A stretch of 64,000 bases of DNA from Selaginella moellendorffii (taxonomy: Eukaryota; Plantae; Lycopodiophyta): NCBI RefSeq assembly GCF_000143415.4, contig NW_003314392.1:220390-284389 (forward strand). The letters are read 5' to 3'. Shown here piece after piece: positions 11,431 to 23,983 of this stretch. The stretch's first letter is position 1, and every line of letters starts with the position of its first letter. Made by a program: the position numbers and the translations under genes. The notes under the pieces were generated by a model. It saw only the letters and a program-made list of their open reading frames with translations, was not told the DNA's origin and did not search any database.

Positions 11431-13593
11431 TTAACCAGCCGCCGCAAGGATTCCCACGAACAAGACATCTTCTCCTCCGTCTAGCTCCTGCTCGTGTGGA
11501 ACGAACTCTGGGACTTTGGACACCGGGAGGCCCCGGCATGCGCTCAGCAAGCTGGTCCGAGAATCGGGGCCGGGAATGAAAGGCATGGCGTCCATCAACT
11601 CGTGAGCGTCTTCCAAGTTGCCGGCTCGGCCCAGGAGATCCACAACGCATGCATAGTGATCCAACCCCGGCTGGATCCCATAGTCGCCAACCATGGACAC
11701 AAAATGGCTCCACCCGAGCTCCACGCTCCCGGCATGGTTGCAAGCCGACAGAATGCTGATGAAACTGATGGAATCTGGCGTGAACCCGTTGAGCTCCATT
11801 CTCCAGAACGCGAGCCGAGCCAGGCTGCTGAATCCGTTCTGCGCGAGAGCCGCCACCATCGCAGTCCACGAAACAAGGTTCTTGCTGCTCATACCGTCGA
11901 AGGCAGCCACCGCCTCCCCGAGCGCTGCACACCTGCTGTACATGCTCACCAGTGCGGTCGCCACCTTTCCACCATCTTGCAGCGCCGGGTCGTCAGCAGC
12001 CACAATCTCGGCGTGGAGAATCCTCCCCTGTGCTAGATCCGAAGCCATGCCGCATGCCTCAAGCGCAGAGATGTAGCTCACTGCGTCCGGCTTGCACCCA
12101 TCCAGGTCCATGAGTCCGACGACGCTCGCGGCACTCTGGCACTTGCCACTGAGCAGGCGGGCCGATGCCAGCGCGCTCCACGACGCCGAGTCCTTCTCGG
12201 GCATGCGCTCAAAGAGCTGCTCGGCTCTCTGCGTAACACCTCCACAGGCATATGCATGCAGCATCGCATTCCACGACGCCTGTGACGTGAATGGCATCCT
12301 TCGGAAGCACTCCTCGACGAGCTCAAGCACAGCAGCATCCTCAGTCACGGTGAATGCTGGCAGCATCGTGTTCCAGGACACGACGTCGCGCTTGGCTGTG
12401 TCCGGCATCGCATCGAACAGCAGCTTGGCCTCTGCCACCCGTCCCGCACGAACGTAGCCCGCAACCATGGAGTTCCAAGATACGGTGTTCCTGTGGAGCA
12501 TCGCGTCAAACACCCGCCTCGCCTCTTCTACTTGTCCCTTCAGACCATAGGCACCGATGACGGAGTTTGTGGCGGCAAGGCTGAAGCAAACCAGCTGCTG
12601 GAGCAACCGTGCAGCACTGCCGGTCTCCCCGGCCAACCCATACGCGTGCACCATTGAGTTCCAGCTCACAATGTCGTGCTGCGGCATCCGCTCAAACGCC
12701 GCCACTGCGCCCTCCAACGCCAGCGCTCTCACCATGATGTTCCACGTCACCACGTCCCGGGCGGGAATGCCGTGGTGGAACATCTCGGTCGCCTCTCGCA
12801 CGCGGCGGCCGCTGGTGAGAGCCGCCATCACCATGTTCCATGCCGCCACGTCCCACCATGGCATCCTCCGCAGCGCATCCAACGCGTCGTCGGGACTTGA
12901 GCGTCGGGAGCAGGCACAGATGAGCGCATACCACGAGTACTTGTCCCGCTGCGGCATCCTCCCAAACATGGTTGCCGGTGACTCGCACCCGACGCCTTGG
13001 ATCACCGAGTTCCAAGCCGCCAAGCTCCACTGCGGCATCCGGTGGAAGGCCACTGCCGCTACGTCCGGCTGCGAGGCACGGCAAAACGCTTGCAGCAGCA
13101 AATTCCACGTCACGCTGCTCCTCCCGGGCATCTGGTTGAAGGCGACCAAAGCATCAGAAAGGTGCCCTTCACGGGCACACGCGGTGATTACTTCGTTCCA
13201 GCAGATCACGTCCCAGCACGGAAACCTCCAGAACACCGCTTGCATCTCCTCCAGCCTACCGTCGCGGGCACAGGAGTGCAGCATGCTCGTCCAGGAGATT
13301 AGCTCCCGGACAGGGAGCTTGTCGAACAGCTCCCCCACCTCGTCCCTGCTAGCTGTATGGGCGAATGCCGAGAGCATCGAGCTCCAAGAGAAACCATCCG
13401 TGGCAGGCATCTTGCCGAAAACCTCGCGAGCCTCAGATGTTGCACCGTGTCGGGAGTAAGCTCCCAGAATCGAGTTCCAAGATACCACGTCCCGATCGAA
13501 CATTGCATCAAAGAGGCTCTTGGCATTTTCCAGATGCCCGTTTCTGGCAAACCCCGAAATAATACGATTACACGAGAGCGTGCTGGAGGGCAT
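11431..13593 (-). CDS. Intronless PLS/SS-type pentatricopeptide-repeat protein with E domain
   Basis: 720-aa ORF of ~31-aa 'F.RMP.RDVVSWN.M..AY' repeats; HYACVVDLLGRAG..MPFIP motif. Confidence 0.92.
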   Translation of the reverse strand: MPSSTLSCNRIISGFARNGHLENAKSLFDAMFDRDVVSWNSILGAYSRHGATSEAREVFGKMPATDGFSWSSMLSAFAHTASRDEVGELFDKLPVRELISWTSMLHSCARDGRLEEMQAVFWRFPCWDVICWNEVITACAREGHLSDALVAFNQMPGRSSVTWNLLLQAFCRASQPDVAAVAFHRMPQWSLAAWNSVIQGVGCESPATMFGRMPQRDKYSWYALICACSRRSSPDDALDALRRMPWWDVAAWNMVMAALTSGRRVREATEMFHHGIPARDVVTWNIMVRALALEGAVAAFERMPQHDIVSWNSMVHAYGLAGETGSAARLLQQLVCFSLAATNSVIGAYGLKGQVEEARRVFDAMLHRNTVSWNSMVAGYVRAGRVAEAKLLFDAMPDTAKRDVVSWNTMLPAFTVTEDAAVLELVEECFRRMPFTSQASWNAMLHAYACGGVTQRAEQLFERMPEKDSASWSALASARLLSGKCQSAASVVGLMDLDGCKPDAVSYISALEACGMASDLAQGRILHAEIVAADDPALQDGGKVATALVSMYSRCAALGEAVAAFDGMSSKNLVSWTAMVAALAQNGFSSLARLAFWRMELNGFTPDSISFISILSACNHAGSVELGWSHFVSMVGDYGIQPGLDHYACVVDLLGRAGNLEDAHELMDAMPFIPGPDSRTSLLSACRGLPVSKVPEFVPHEQELDGGEDVLFVGILAAAG

Positions 13594-13704
13594 TAAGTAA
13601 GCATCGTAATTTTCTTAGGCCTGCCTGTAGAGGATCTCATCAACCTTTACATGCAACAAAATCAACTAGAGCTTTGTGTGCTATGATAAGTACTCGTTTT
13701 GCTG

Positions 13705-14474
13705 CTATCCTGACGAAGCTTTCTTGAGCCGCGTAATCAGATCACTCTGCGTGGAAGCAGCAAGCCCGTCACGTACGTATAAGAAACCCAAGTCGTAGGA
13801 TCGCTTACCTTCCTTCCCTTGACTGGCAGTCCTTTCTCTTTCAAAGCGGTCCTGAGCATCTCCACAGTGTAGCCTTCGTAGGAAGCGCTGCCGGATGCTG
13901 TATCCACTGAATTGCACACCATCGAATCAGCTCAAGTAACAAGGAATGTATAGAGAAGAAAGACATGGATTCGAGAGATACGTACCCTTCTTCTTCTTGC
14001 TCGACTTGCTACTCTCGGGCTTGTCAGCAGCAGCCCTGCACAAGACAAGAACTTGCCCGTCACAGGAGCGTCATTTCAATCGCAGCACAACCTTTTCTTC
14101 TTGGGGGCGTCGGCTTGCTTGGCCTTGTCCTGCGCCTCCTGCTCCTTGGGCTTCTTGAGCATCAAAGAGCGGATGAGAATGTTGGTCGAGTCCGTCTTGA
14201 CAACCTGGACGCCTGGAAGAGGAGACAACGGAGTCAGCGAGGCGAGAACCCGAAACTGGACAACCTGGTCGAGGATCACTATCGCAGACATAGACACGAA
14301 GGCCACCCTGATCATACAAGAAACAAAGAACCCTCTTGGAAACAACAAGTTGCGAGAACAAAGCGCTACCAGGCTTGACGATGGCACGACGGAGGTGAAG
14401 TTGCCCCTGGACGGGAGGCCCAGCAGCGATGGATTCCCTTGCGGAGAGGCTTCGGCGCTACATTCTCCCTCCAT
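13705..14474 (-). CDS. DDA1-like N-domain plus C-terminal SAP-domain protein (At5g63460-like), multi-exon
   Basis: GLPSRGNFTS, GGLRVYVC, VVKTDSTNILIRSL; SAP domain YTVEMLRTALKEKGLPVKGRK|SDLITRL. Confidence 0.85.
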
Positions 14475-14492
14475 AGCTTTCCCTCTCCTCGC

Positions 14493-14502
14493 CTAACCCT
14501 AG
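14493..14502. promoter_or_regulatory. Telo-box-like element followed by a TATA-like sequence in a 77-bp divergent intergenic region
   Basis: CTAACCCTAG then AATATAA between the ATGs at 14474(-) and 14552(+). Confidence 0.5.
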
Positions 14503-14551
14503 AATATAAGCCAGAGAGCTTTCATTCTGGAGCTGCCGCCGCCCCGCCGAG

Positions 14552-15008
14552 ATGGTCAAGGGCAAGGACAAGCGCGTGAATGAATTCCAAGCCCACAGGC
14601 GCAAGCGCAAGAGCAAGGCTGCGATCGCAGGGGGTGGGGTGAAGAAAAAGAAGGTTTGCAAGAACAAGGACAAGCAGGAGGAGGAGGAGGTTGCGGTGCT
14701 TCCAAAGTGGCATAAGAGACGTAATTCTCTTCTTCCTTGCTTGTCTTTCCTTGTGCTAAGTTTCTCGGCTCTTGCTTGCAGCGGAGAGCTCGCGAGTCCC
14801 TGATTTGCAATTGCCAACCAGCTCCAAGGCGCGTTGCCATCGTTCCGAAGCCGCGAAGAAAAATGCCCATCCAAAGTTTTACAAAATGTCGAGCCCCGTG
14901 ACCATCGACAGTGGCCATTCTGTTATCAAGGGCATGGACATGCACTCCGAAGGTTTCATCTCCACCTGGTAAGATCCTTATCTGTTTGTCAAACATGGCT
15001 TTGAGAAT

Positions 15009-15044
<36 letters not shown>

Positions 15045-16106
15045 GGCACAAGACGGAGGCATCAGGATCTGGAGGCTCAGAGGAACAAAGTACGTAAGAG
15101 AACTATCATCCATTCCATTCAGAGTTCTGAAAAATACCTCCTTTTTTTGGCCTTCCAGTGGTGCCATGACAAGCATTTGCAGCGCTCACTTACATGAGTG
15201 TCCTCAGGATATGGAGTGGCACCCGGATGGCAACAGACTGTTTGCAGCGTTCAAGAGCACCGGTCGGGCTCAAGTTGGATACTATGATCTATCCGACGAC
15301 GTAAGTGCTCTCGTTTGGCGTGCTGCTAATGCTTAACTTTCGCCTCGCCTAACAGAGATTCCGGCTCTTGCCAGGGGAGCCCCATTGTACGGGATTGCTT
15401 CGCAGCATCAAGTTCATGCCATGGCAGGTTTCTGGTGCTCCGTGTTTCGCAACGGGTGGCGACGACCACTCGGTTGTTCTTTGGAAGGAGTCGCAGGAGC
15501 ACTGGACCAGTCAGAAGCTTTACAACAGCCACAGCTCGTTTGTATACGGGGTAGCGGGTGCCGCGCACAAGTCCTTGATCGCTTCAGCCAGCGTGGACAA
15601 GCACCTCCGCATGGTGGATGTGGTCAGTGGCACCGACTACTTCTGTGGCAAGTTCGACAGCTCGTTGCTCAGTGTGGAGTTCAACCCCGTTGATCCCAAC
15701 CTCCTGCTGCTCACGGGATGGTGAGCTGCTTTTCTTTCTTTCTTTCTGCTCACTCCTGACAACAGACTTTTGCAGTGTCGAGAAGAAGCAGCTAATGCTC
15801 ATGGACTTGCGCTACCTTGATCCAGAATCGCTGGTCCATAGCTTTGGCTGGGAAATAGGCGAAAACCATCCCCGGGTAACCAGGCAGTTCCAGCAGTGCT
15901 GGTCTCCAGATGGATGGTACGTCTCGACGGGGAGCTGCGAGGACGGTTATGACATCTTCGACATCCGGTACAACAACTACTTGTCGACTCACTCGGTTCA
16001 CGGTACCAAGTCAGGCGTGGTGAAGACCCAGTGGCACCCGGTAGTGAACGATTTGCTCATTTCGGCTATAAGGGGGGGAAGGATCTGGCTGCAGCAGATC
16101 ATTTAA
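14552..16106 (+). CDS. WD40-repeat protein with basic (NLS-like) N-terminus, multi-exon
   Basis: FATGGDDHSVVLWK, IASASVDKHLRMVD, LLSVEFNPVDPNLLL, WSPDGWYVSTG, QWHP. Confidence 0.85.
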
Positions 16107-16195
16107 ACCCCCCAACTTGTTACGAGTATAAGATTACAGACAGGGAAGCAACACTTTGTCCAGGTAAGAGATTCCTTTTGTGTGTTTCAGGTGGA

Positions 16196-17270
<1,075 letters not shown>

Positions 17271-17494
17271 TTATAATTCGGTTCGTGGGTTGAAGTTTCA
17301 ACCACTCACTCCTTGTTGACAGCAACCATCACTAAGTCTGAGTGGATTTTTATAGAAAGAAGACAGCTTTCCTGATCTTTGGCCTTAGCCTAGGGCGAAA
17401 GCGGCGGCTCCACCCAAATGCGCAGGTTTGTGGTTGGATTCTTCTTCTCTCGTTCACTCGGTCCATTCTTTTGCTCAGGGTGCCAAGATCCGGC

Positions 17495-17878
17495 ATGAAG
17501 CGAAAGCAGCTAGTGCGGCTTGATCGCAGGGTGAAGGATCGAGCTATGCATGCAATGAGGACTGTTATATACAAGAAAAAGACGACGGTGGTGACCAAGA
17601 CGGTCACCACAACGGCATTCACGGGAAAGAAGGCCAAAGGTGACACTGATCCGGAGGACGAGGAAGAGCCGGTACACGAACCTTCGTCGGATGAAGAGTC
17701 ATCCGATTCAACCAGCTCTTCCTCCTCCGAGGAAGAGGAGCAGGAGGAGGAGGAGCAGTCAGGTGCCCTTTGCAAATGCATGGGTGGTGGCAGTATTACG
17801 AGCAACATTGAAGACGAGAATTCTGAAACCTCAGAGGAGGAAGATAATAGCAGCGGTGGAGCAGTGTGCTCGGAATGA
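17495..17878 (+). CDS. Small protein with basic N-half and acidic Ser/Glu-rich C-half, unknown function
   Basis: 127-codon ORF preceded by a plausible 5'UTR intron (GT ~17426, AG 17478); no recognisable domain. Confidence 0.5.
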   Translation: MKRKQLVRLDRRVKDRAMHAMRTVIYKKKTTVVTKTVTTTAFTGKKAKGDTDPEDEEEPVHEPSSDEESSDSTSSSSSEEEEQEEEEQSGALCKCMGGGSITSNIEDENSETSEEEDNSSGGAVCSE

Positions 17879-17935
17879 AACATTTCTCTCAAAGCTGCTC
17901 TAGCTAGACATCTCTAAATAAAAGTGGCCGTGAAC

Positions 17936-20179
17936 ATGGCCGCGGCAACGACGCCACCACCCTTGGTTTCTTTCTTCCACCAGAGGGAGGAGTATGTAAG
18001 ATTGTTGCTGGGCCGAGACAAGCAGCCAGCTCTGCCTCAACTCAGGGCTCTTCATGCAAGGATTGTCAAAAGTGGGCATGATAGAGAGACGTTTCTTAGA
18101 AATTTGCTGCTGGAAATGTATGGGCGGTGTGGCAGCCTGGGAGATGCACGTCGTGTTTTCGATGCAACTGATCACAAGAATCTTTTCACCTGGAACACGA
18201 TGATGGTTGCTCTCGTACGCAACGCCCAGCATTGTGCTGCCGCATCTCTTCTTCACGTCATGGACCTCGAAGGCGTCACCCCCGGCAGTCTCATCTTGGC
18301 CACCCTTCTATCTTCCTGCTCCATGTCGGGCAACCTGAAACTGGGCAATTGGATTGCTGTGCGAGCGGCTGCTACCGGCTGGTCTTCCAGCGTTTTGGTC
18401 AGTTGCGCAGCGATTTCCATGTACAGCAGCTGCGGTCGCCTCCACGAAGCTTGCCTGGTTTTTGAGACTGTCCAAGGCAGGTGCTCTGCGTCCTGGAATT
18501 CCATGATTGTCGCATATACCCAGCATGGGCATTTGCACAAGGCATTGCAGCTGTTGGAGGCAAACAGGTGTGACAAGCTTCCACCTTCACATGTACTGGT
18601 GGCTCTTCTCGGCGCTTGCTCTAAGACAGCGACAGAGGAATCGCTGCAAGTTGGCCGGAGGCTGCACTCTATCATAATCCACGGCACAAGTCCCAGTAGC
18701 GAGAACGATGCCATCGTCTACAATTCCCTGGTGGACATGTATGCCAAGTGTGGCAGTGTGGAGGAAGCCAAGGTGGTCTTTGAGAGGATGACATATCGAA
18801 GCCAAGTGTCCTGGAACGCCATGGCCTGTGCATATGCCCAGCACGGACACGAGACAGAAGCAATGCGGGTGTTTTGGGCAATGGATCTGGAGGGCGTCAA
18901 AGCGGATGCTTTCGTGTTCCCCAGTATCCTCTCTTGCTGCCGGACACTGTGCGAGTTCAGAGCCCTGCACGCCAGGATTATCGCCTGCGGCCATGAGTCT
19001 GATGTTGTGGTGCGGAATGCCCTCGTCCGTCTGTATAGTGAATTTGACAGCATTGACGATGCCCAGAACGTTTTCGACAGTCCCGCATTTAGGAGGACGA
19101 ACAACGTTGTGTCTTGGAGCTCCATGATTGCCGCATACGCTCGGTGTAAGCATGCGCCTCAAGCTGTGGCATGCATGAGGAGGATGGATCTGGAAGGCAT
19201 TACACCCAATTCTATCACATTCCTGTGCCTTGCGGAGGCTCTGCGTCAGCTAGGTGATTTTGGCTTGGTGAAACTGTTTCATGTAAGAGCAGCAGCCAGC
19301 GGTTGCATGACGAGCATGGTGGAGACGGCACTCATCCAAATGTATGCCAGTTGCGGAAGGATTGACCGCGCACAACACTTGTTCTGGCGGATGACTCGCA
19401 AGAGTCTGACAAGCTGGTCTGTTATCATCTTCGAGCTCGTGCAGGCGGGTCTTAATGCAGAAGCACTCGATCTCTTCTACAAAATGGCATCGTCCCGAGA
19501 GCCAGACATCGTCTGCCTGGTAAACGCTCTTGGTGCCTGCTGCGGCTCGTCGGCACTGGCAGACGGTAAAAGGATCCACAGACTCATCTCTGACCGGGGA
19601 TTCGAATGCGCTGCCTCGGCTTGTGTAGCACTGATCAACATGTATTCCAAGTGTGGCGGCTTGAGCAATGCTGCCACTGTTTTCACGGCTTGGCTGAGGC
19701 ATTCTAGTGGTTGCGCTAACGTAGCCTGCTGGACAGCAATGATAGCAGCGTATGCCCAACACGGGCGAACCGGTCTGGCTGTGGAATTGTTCAGAGAGAT
19801 GAACCTCGCGGGCGTTCGGGGAAATCAGATTACCTTTACTTGTTTGCTACATGCGTGCAGCCAGTGTGGACTTTTGGAACAGGGTAGGCTCCAGTTTATT
19901 TCTATTCTGGCAGAGCATGGGATGGTGCCTACACGGGATCATTATTCGTGCATGGCTGACCACCTTGCTAGAGCGGGAAAGATTGAGGAGGCACAAGATT
20001 TGATCCAAACGATGCCATTTCAGCCCGATGCTGCTGCATGGAGTAGCTTACTAGGAGCATGTAAATCAAGCGGAGATGTCAATAGAGCGGAAGTTGTGGC
20101 CTCAAAGAGCATGGTGGAACCCGGTGCCTATGTGCTATTGTCTGACACATTTGCATTGTCCTCTAAAGAGGTTCTTTAA
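17936..20179 (+). CDS. Intronless PLS-class PPR protein with E domain
   Basis: NLLLEMYGRCGSLGDARRVF, MYAKCGSVEEAKVVF, HYSCMADHLARAG, MPFQPDAAAWSSLLGAC. Confidence 0.93.
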   Translation: MAAATTPPPLVSFFHQREEYVRLLLGRDKQPALPQLRALHARIVKSGHDRETFLRNLLLEMYGRCGSLGDARRVFDATDHKNLFTWNTMMVALVRNAQHCAAASLLHVMDLEGVTPGSLILATLLSSCSMSGNLKLGNWIAVRAAATGWSSSVLVSCAAISMYSSCGRLHEACLVFETVQGRCSASWNSMIVAYTQHGHLHKALQLLEANRCDKLPPSHVLVALLGACSKTATEESLQVGRRLHSIIIHGTSPSSENDAIVYNSLVDMYAKCGSVEEAKVVFERMTYRSQVSWNAMACAYAQHGHETEAMRVFWAMDLEGVKADAFVFPSILSCCRTLCEFRALHARIIACGHESDVVVRNALVRLYSEFDSIDDAQNVFDSPAFRRTNNVVSWSSMIAAYARCKHAPQAVACMRRMDLEGITPNSITFLCLAEALRQLGDFGLVKLFHVRAAASGCMTSMVETALIQMYASCGRIDRAQHLFWRMTRKSLTSWSVIIFELVQAGLNAEALDLFYKMASSREPDIVCLVNALGACCGSSALADGKRIHRLISDRGFECAASACVALINMYSKCGGLSNAATVFTAWLRHSSGCANVACWTAMIAAYAQHGRTGLAVELFREMNLAGVRGNQITFTCLLHACSQCGLLEQGRLQFISILAEHGMVPTRDHYSCMADHLARAGKIEEAQDLIQTMPFQPDAAAWSSLLGACKSSGDVNRAEVVASKSMVEPGAYVLLSDTFALSSKEVL

Positions 20180-20365
20180 GAAAGCAACTTTTCGAAGGGA
20201 AAGTCTTCTTATGGTGGTCGATCTTACATAAAACTTGCCATACATAAAAGAACTAATCGTTCAAGCAAGTAGCTACAGATCGTGGAGGACACTGCAAAAA
20301 ATCCCGGATAGATTTTGGGTACACGCAAAGGGTATGGAGAGGTTTTTATTTCGGGATTGGTATTC

Positions 20366-22459
20366 TTACGAGCTGAATTGCTTGTCATGAGCAACTAAAT
20401 GAGTATGCTCCTGTACCACATACAAGAGTTGAATAAAAGAAGAAGAAATAAAGTCAGAACATTCGTACCTGGGTGCCAACCATTAGGCAGCCATCTGAAG
20501 GATGTGCTGCGACACTATAGACACCGTCTGCCATTTCAATCACAACTGGAGCGCAGCCATTGTTTCTCGAGCTAAAAGAGAGGTCAGGCGTTCGTCTAGC
20601 TACAAGGTCACACAGTTACCTGACGTGATGGCGCGATCCCGGACCAGAAAATTCGAGAAAACGAAGGTCCCCACTAGCTACAGCGACTACCTGTCAGCAA
20701 GAAAAGCATCAGCTGCAGTGTCAATCCAAGCAGCATTCACCGGAAGGCTCAAAAGCCAGGTGAGTTTTGTCGTGCTCAGCCAGCTCAGACTTCCCAGTTC
20801 CCTGACAAACCCAGACCATATTGTCAATGCCAATCAAAACGATCAACTTATATACCAGAGCGATGGAGGGCAATGAATGTGTGTTATCTCTTGAAAGTTG
20901 AGCATGTTGATTACACCGGACCTTCATCACACACAAACCACGTCCAGTGAGCCTCAAACATTTGCAAAGCACTGAGATGTTGAAACTACCAGCCTTTGTT
21001 GAGGCCGAAAGCAAGCTGATCACCTGACGAGTTTAGACGCACACATGTAACACTCAAATCTCCAGTGTACGTTTGAGACTGAAACAGCAAAATGATGGCA
21101 AGCATAAGAAGAAGAAGTAAGAAGTCTACCCGGAGATCTGGTATCTCTTGCAAGGCTGTAGACATGGAGATAATGCCCAAGGGATGTTGATCCACCTGCG
21201 CCTCAACCACTGTCAGCCTAGACTTCCATGATTTCTACAAACAAGCTATTAAGATAAACTTACATTGTTGGGCGAGGAAAAGGCAGAACAAGAAGAAGCC
21301 TTTCCGCCACGGATGTCCCATGCGAAAATATGACCGCTGCTGCTTCCAGCCAAAAGAACCTACAGCGAAATGGATGATGTGATTTGGAGACTCGATTGAT
21401 TGCAACCTGTTCGTCTGATGTGATGTCCAGAGACAGCATCGTTCCAGCAAAAGAAGGTGCCCGTAAAGTCGCAGTAGAAAGATTTCCTGCTCGCCTATCC
21501 CACACATACACGCCTCCGCTTGCACAAGCAAATATCCTGGAAGAAACCAGTCAAAAGCTTGGGTAGCTTTCAGAAACTCACTTCCAGCTTTTGCATTGCA
21601 CGTCGTAGAGGCCGCGATGGGTTTCCGTCCCCGGCTTTGTTCTAAAGACTTGCATTTTTTCGAGCGACTCGGGCTGCCTGTGTCGGACGTCGAAGATGAT
21701 GACGGAACCGACTGACTCGGCTACGCATGCCACCTGCTAGATTTTGGTGATCACATAAAGCCTGGAAACAAAATCACCTGAAGCTGGTCCAGGGGGTTCC
21801 ATCTCACGGCTTGAAGCTTTCCACAGAGGGAATAAGCAGCCACAGGAGGCATCCTCTTGCCTGTGTAGTTTCATGGTAATTGCAGCGAGACGAGACGAGA
21901 CGAGCTTACCAGACAGAATGGAATCGTAAGCATGGATGTTCATATACCCCGTGGACGTGGTGAAAGCCACGAGAGTACCCTGGACGAAGATCCTCAACAG
22001 GGTAGAACCAAGACCCGAGAAAACAAAGCACGCACCTCAGTGTTAAACTCGATGTCGGACACGTAACTCTGCCTGGAGAAGGTAGGAGAGACGACATGAA
22101 TCCTGAAAGCAAGCAAAGGCACACCTTGACATGGACGGAGGCAAATAGTTATCCTGTTCGAGACATTCAACCTGCGAAGCAAGACGAACAAGACGTGAAG
22201 AAAGACACCAGGTTGTTTATCGATGCCATACGAGAGCATACGACTTCATCACGCTGGTGGTGCAGAGGTGATGGAGGCGCTTGTGCATCCTGCCCGTCTG
22301 CTCATATTCCAAGACCACATTTTGCTCCTGCTGCTGCTGCCGCCGCTCACACCTACAAGTCACTGGATCGGCATCCATCTTCACTGCAAACCATCACCTG
22401 CTGCTCTCCTTGCTGGCATCGCTGATGGGCTTCGCCGCACTCTGGAGAAACCTCTCCAT
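20366..22459 (-). CDS. WD40-like protein (At5g12920-like), many short exons
   Basis: MERFL.., SDIEFNTE|GTLVAFTTSTGYMNIHAY, AVRWNPLDQLQVAC, VWDRR, HPSDGCLMVGTQ; stop TAA at 20366. Confidence 0.75.
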
Positions 22460-22534
22460 TCTTTGTTTGAAGCCCTACCTAGCCTAGTCGAGCGAGGCCA
22501 GAAGGAAGGAATGAATAAAAAAGAATGTTGGTTG

Positions 22535-23437
22535 TCAAGACAAGCGCGCGACTCCATCCCTGATGGCTTGCCGGAACACCTTGCCGTGCAGGAAGAACGA
22601 GGACACATGACCGCCAGTGACCCATCGGACCTCGGAGCCGGGCCACGCACGCTGCAGCTCCAGCATCGAGTTGCCTGGGATGTAGCCATCGTTCTACACA
22701 GCCGGGCACAGTCAAGCTTTCGTTTCCAAGGCAAAGAAAATGAGACTCACCGTGGCACCCACAAAGATGACGGCTCTGGGGTTCTTGGGGATTGGAAAGC
22801 GGGTCACGTCCGTGAGGGAGAGCACCGCTCGCATGCGCTCCCGGACTTGGTCCAGCGTCATGCTGCATGCCTCGTCCCGCATCAGCACCTCCCACGCGGT
22901 TCCATACTTCATGATCCCCTCGCAGAAGGCCACCGCGGCCGAGTGGGGTGAAAGCAGTGGCAAGACTGCAAGCGGCGTTGGATGGAGCGATCCAACCATG
23001 GCTGCATGCACTCCTCCTGCACAGAGACACCGGATGCGTTTCGAAGGAGAAGAAGCGACGAACTACGTACCCATGCTTAGGCCGCAAACGCCCAACTTGG
23101 AGAAGCCTGCTTGCTTGTCCAGCCAGTAGAGCAGCGTCCGTGCCTCCTCGATCGTTGCTCGGCCGAGAACAAGCAGGTCGCTGACGCACAGGAGCTTGGC
23201 CCCGCGCTGGAGCCTGGGCCGCCGATTGCCGTAGAAGGGGCTGTGATGATCATAGATGTGTATGAGCAGCGGGCATGGTTGTAGCTAAACAGACCTCTCG
23301 AGCACCAGCGTGGCGATGTTATCCTTGAGCAATGGTCCTCCCAGCCGCAAGCGCCTCTCGAAACCATGATCTCCAGTGCCTGCCGCGCTCACATTGATTG
23401 ATCTATGAAAATCACCAGCCTAAGAGAGGGAGAGAGA

Positions 23438-23471
<34 letters not shown>

Positions 23472-23903
23472 TCTAGAGCGCGCGCGAGAGAGAGAGGGGA
23501 GGCAAGAGATCTAACCTGCAAGGTGCACGACGCATGCCATCTTATGAGCCGGAACGCTGCGGGGCATGAGCAGGCGGACGCGCGCAATGTGGCTCTCGGG
23601 CGGCAAGCATTCCCTGACGAGCGGATCGCAGGGCGTGGGAAAGATCCCCTCTTGGAGCTTGGCCGCCTTGGATTCCCACACGGTCCGCCACACCGGATCG
23701 ATGGGTGGCGGCGGCCAGTACTTAAGCGAGAAATTGGCGAGGCCCTGCGAGATGAGCTGCCGCGTGAGCTGTTCCAGTAGCACTAACCTGGCGCCACCCC
23801 AGCCATTGGAGAAGAAGGGTGGCGAGAGCCTGAGCCTGTACATGAGAGCGCCATAGACGTGATCCAGCCAGTAGTGCGCCACCCGCAGATTCGAAACCAC
23901 CAT
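22535..23903 (-). CDS. ABHD18: Alpha/beta hydrolase, DUF2048 (ABHD18-like)
   Basis: PPFFSNGWGG, CVVHLAG|TGDH, nucleophile GLSMGG, NDGYIP..WPGSEVRWVTGGHVSS. Confidence 0.92.
23421..23500. repeat. Compound (GA)n/(GC)n microsatellite in ABHD18 intron 1
   Basis: Directly visible runs. Confidence 0.9.
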
Positions 23904-23983
23904 GGCTGGCTGCCCTCCCTCTTCTTCTTGCTCCTTTATTTGCCCTAAAATAATAGCGCCAGCGTGGCCAACAGCGAAGTTCC

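Noticed and set aside
11494-13459. Plus-strand ORFs up to 300 aa
   Set aside because: Antisense shadows of the PPR gene.
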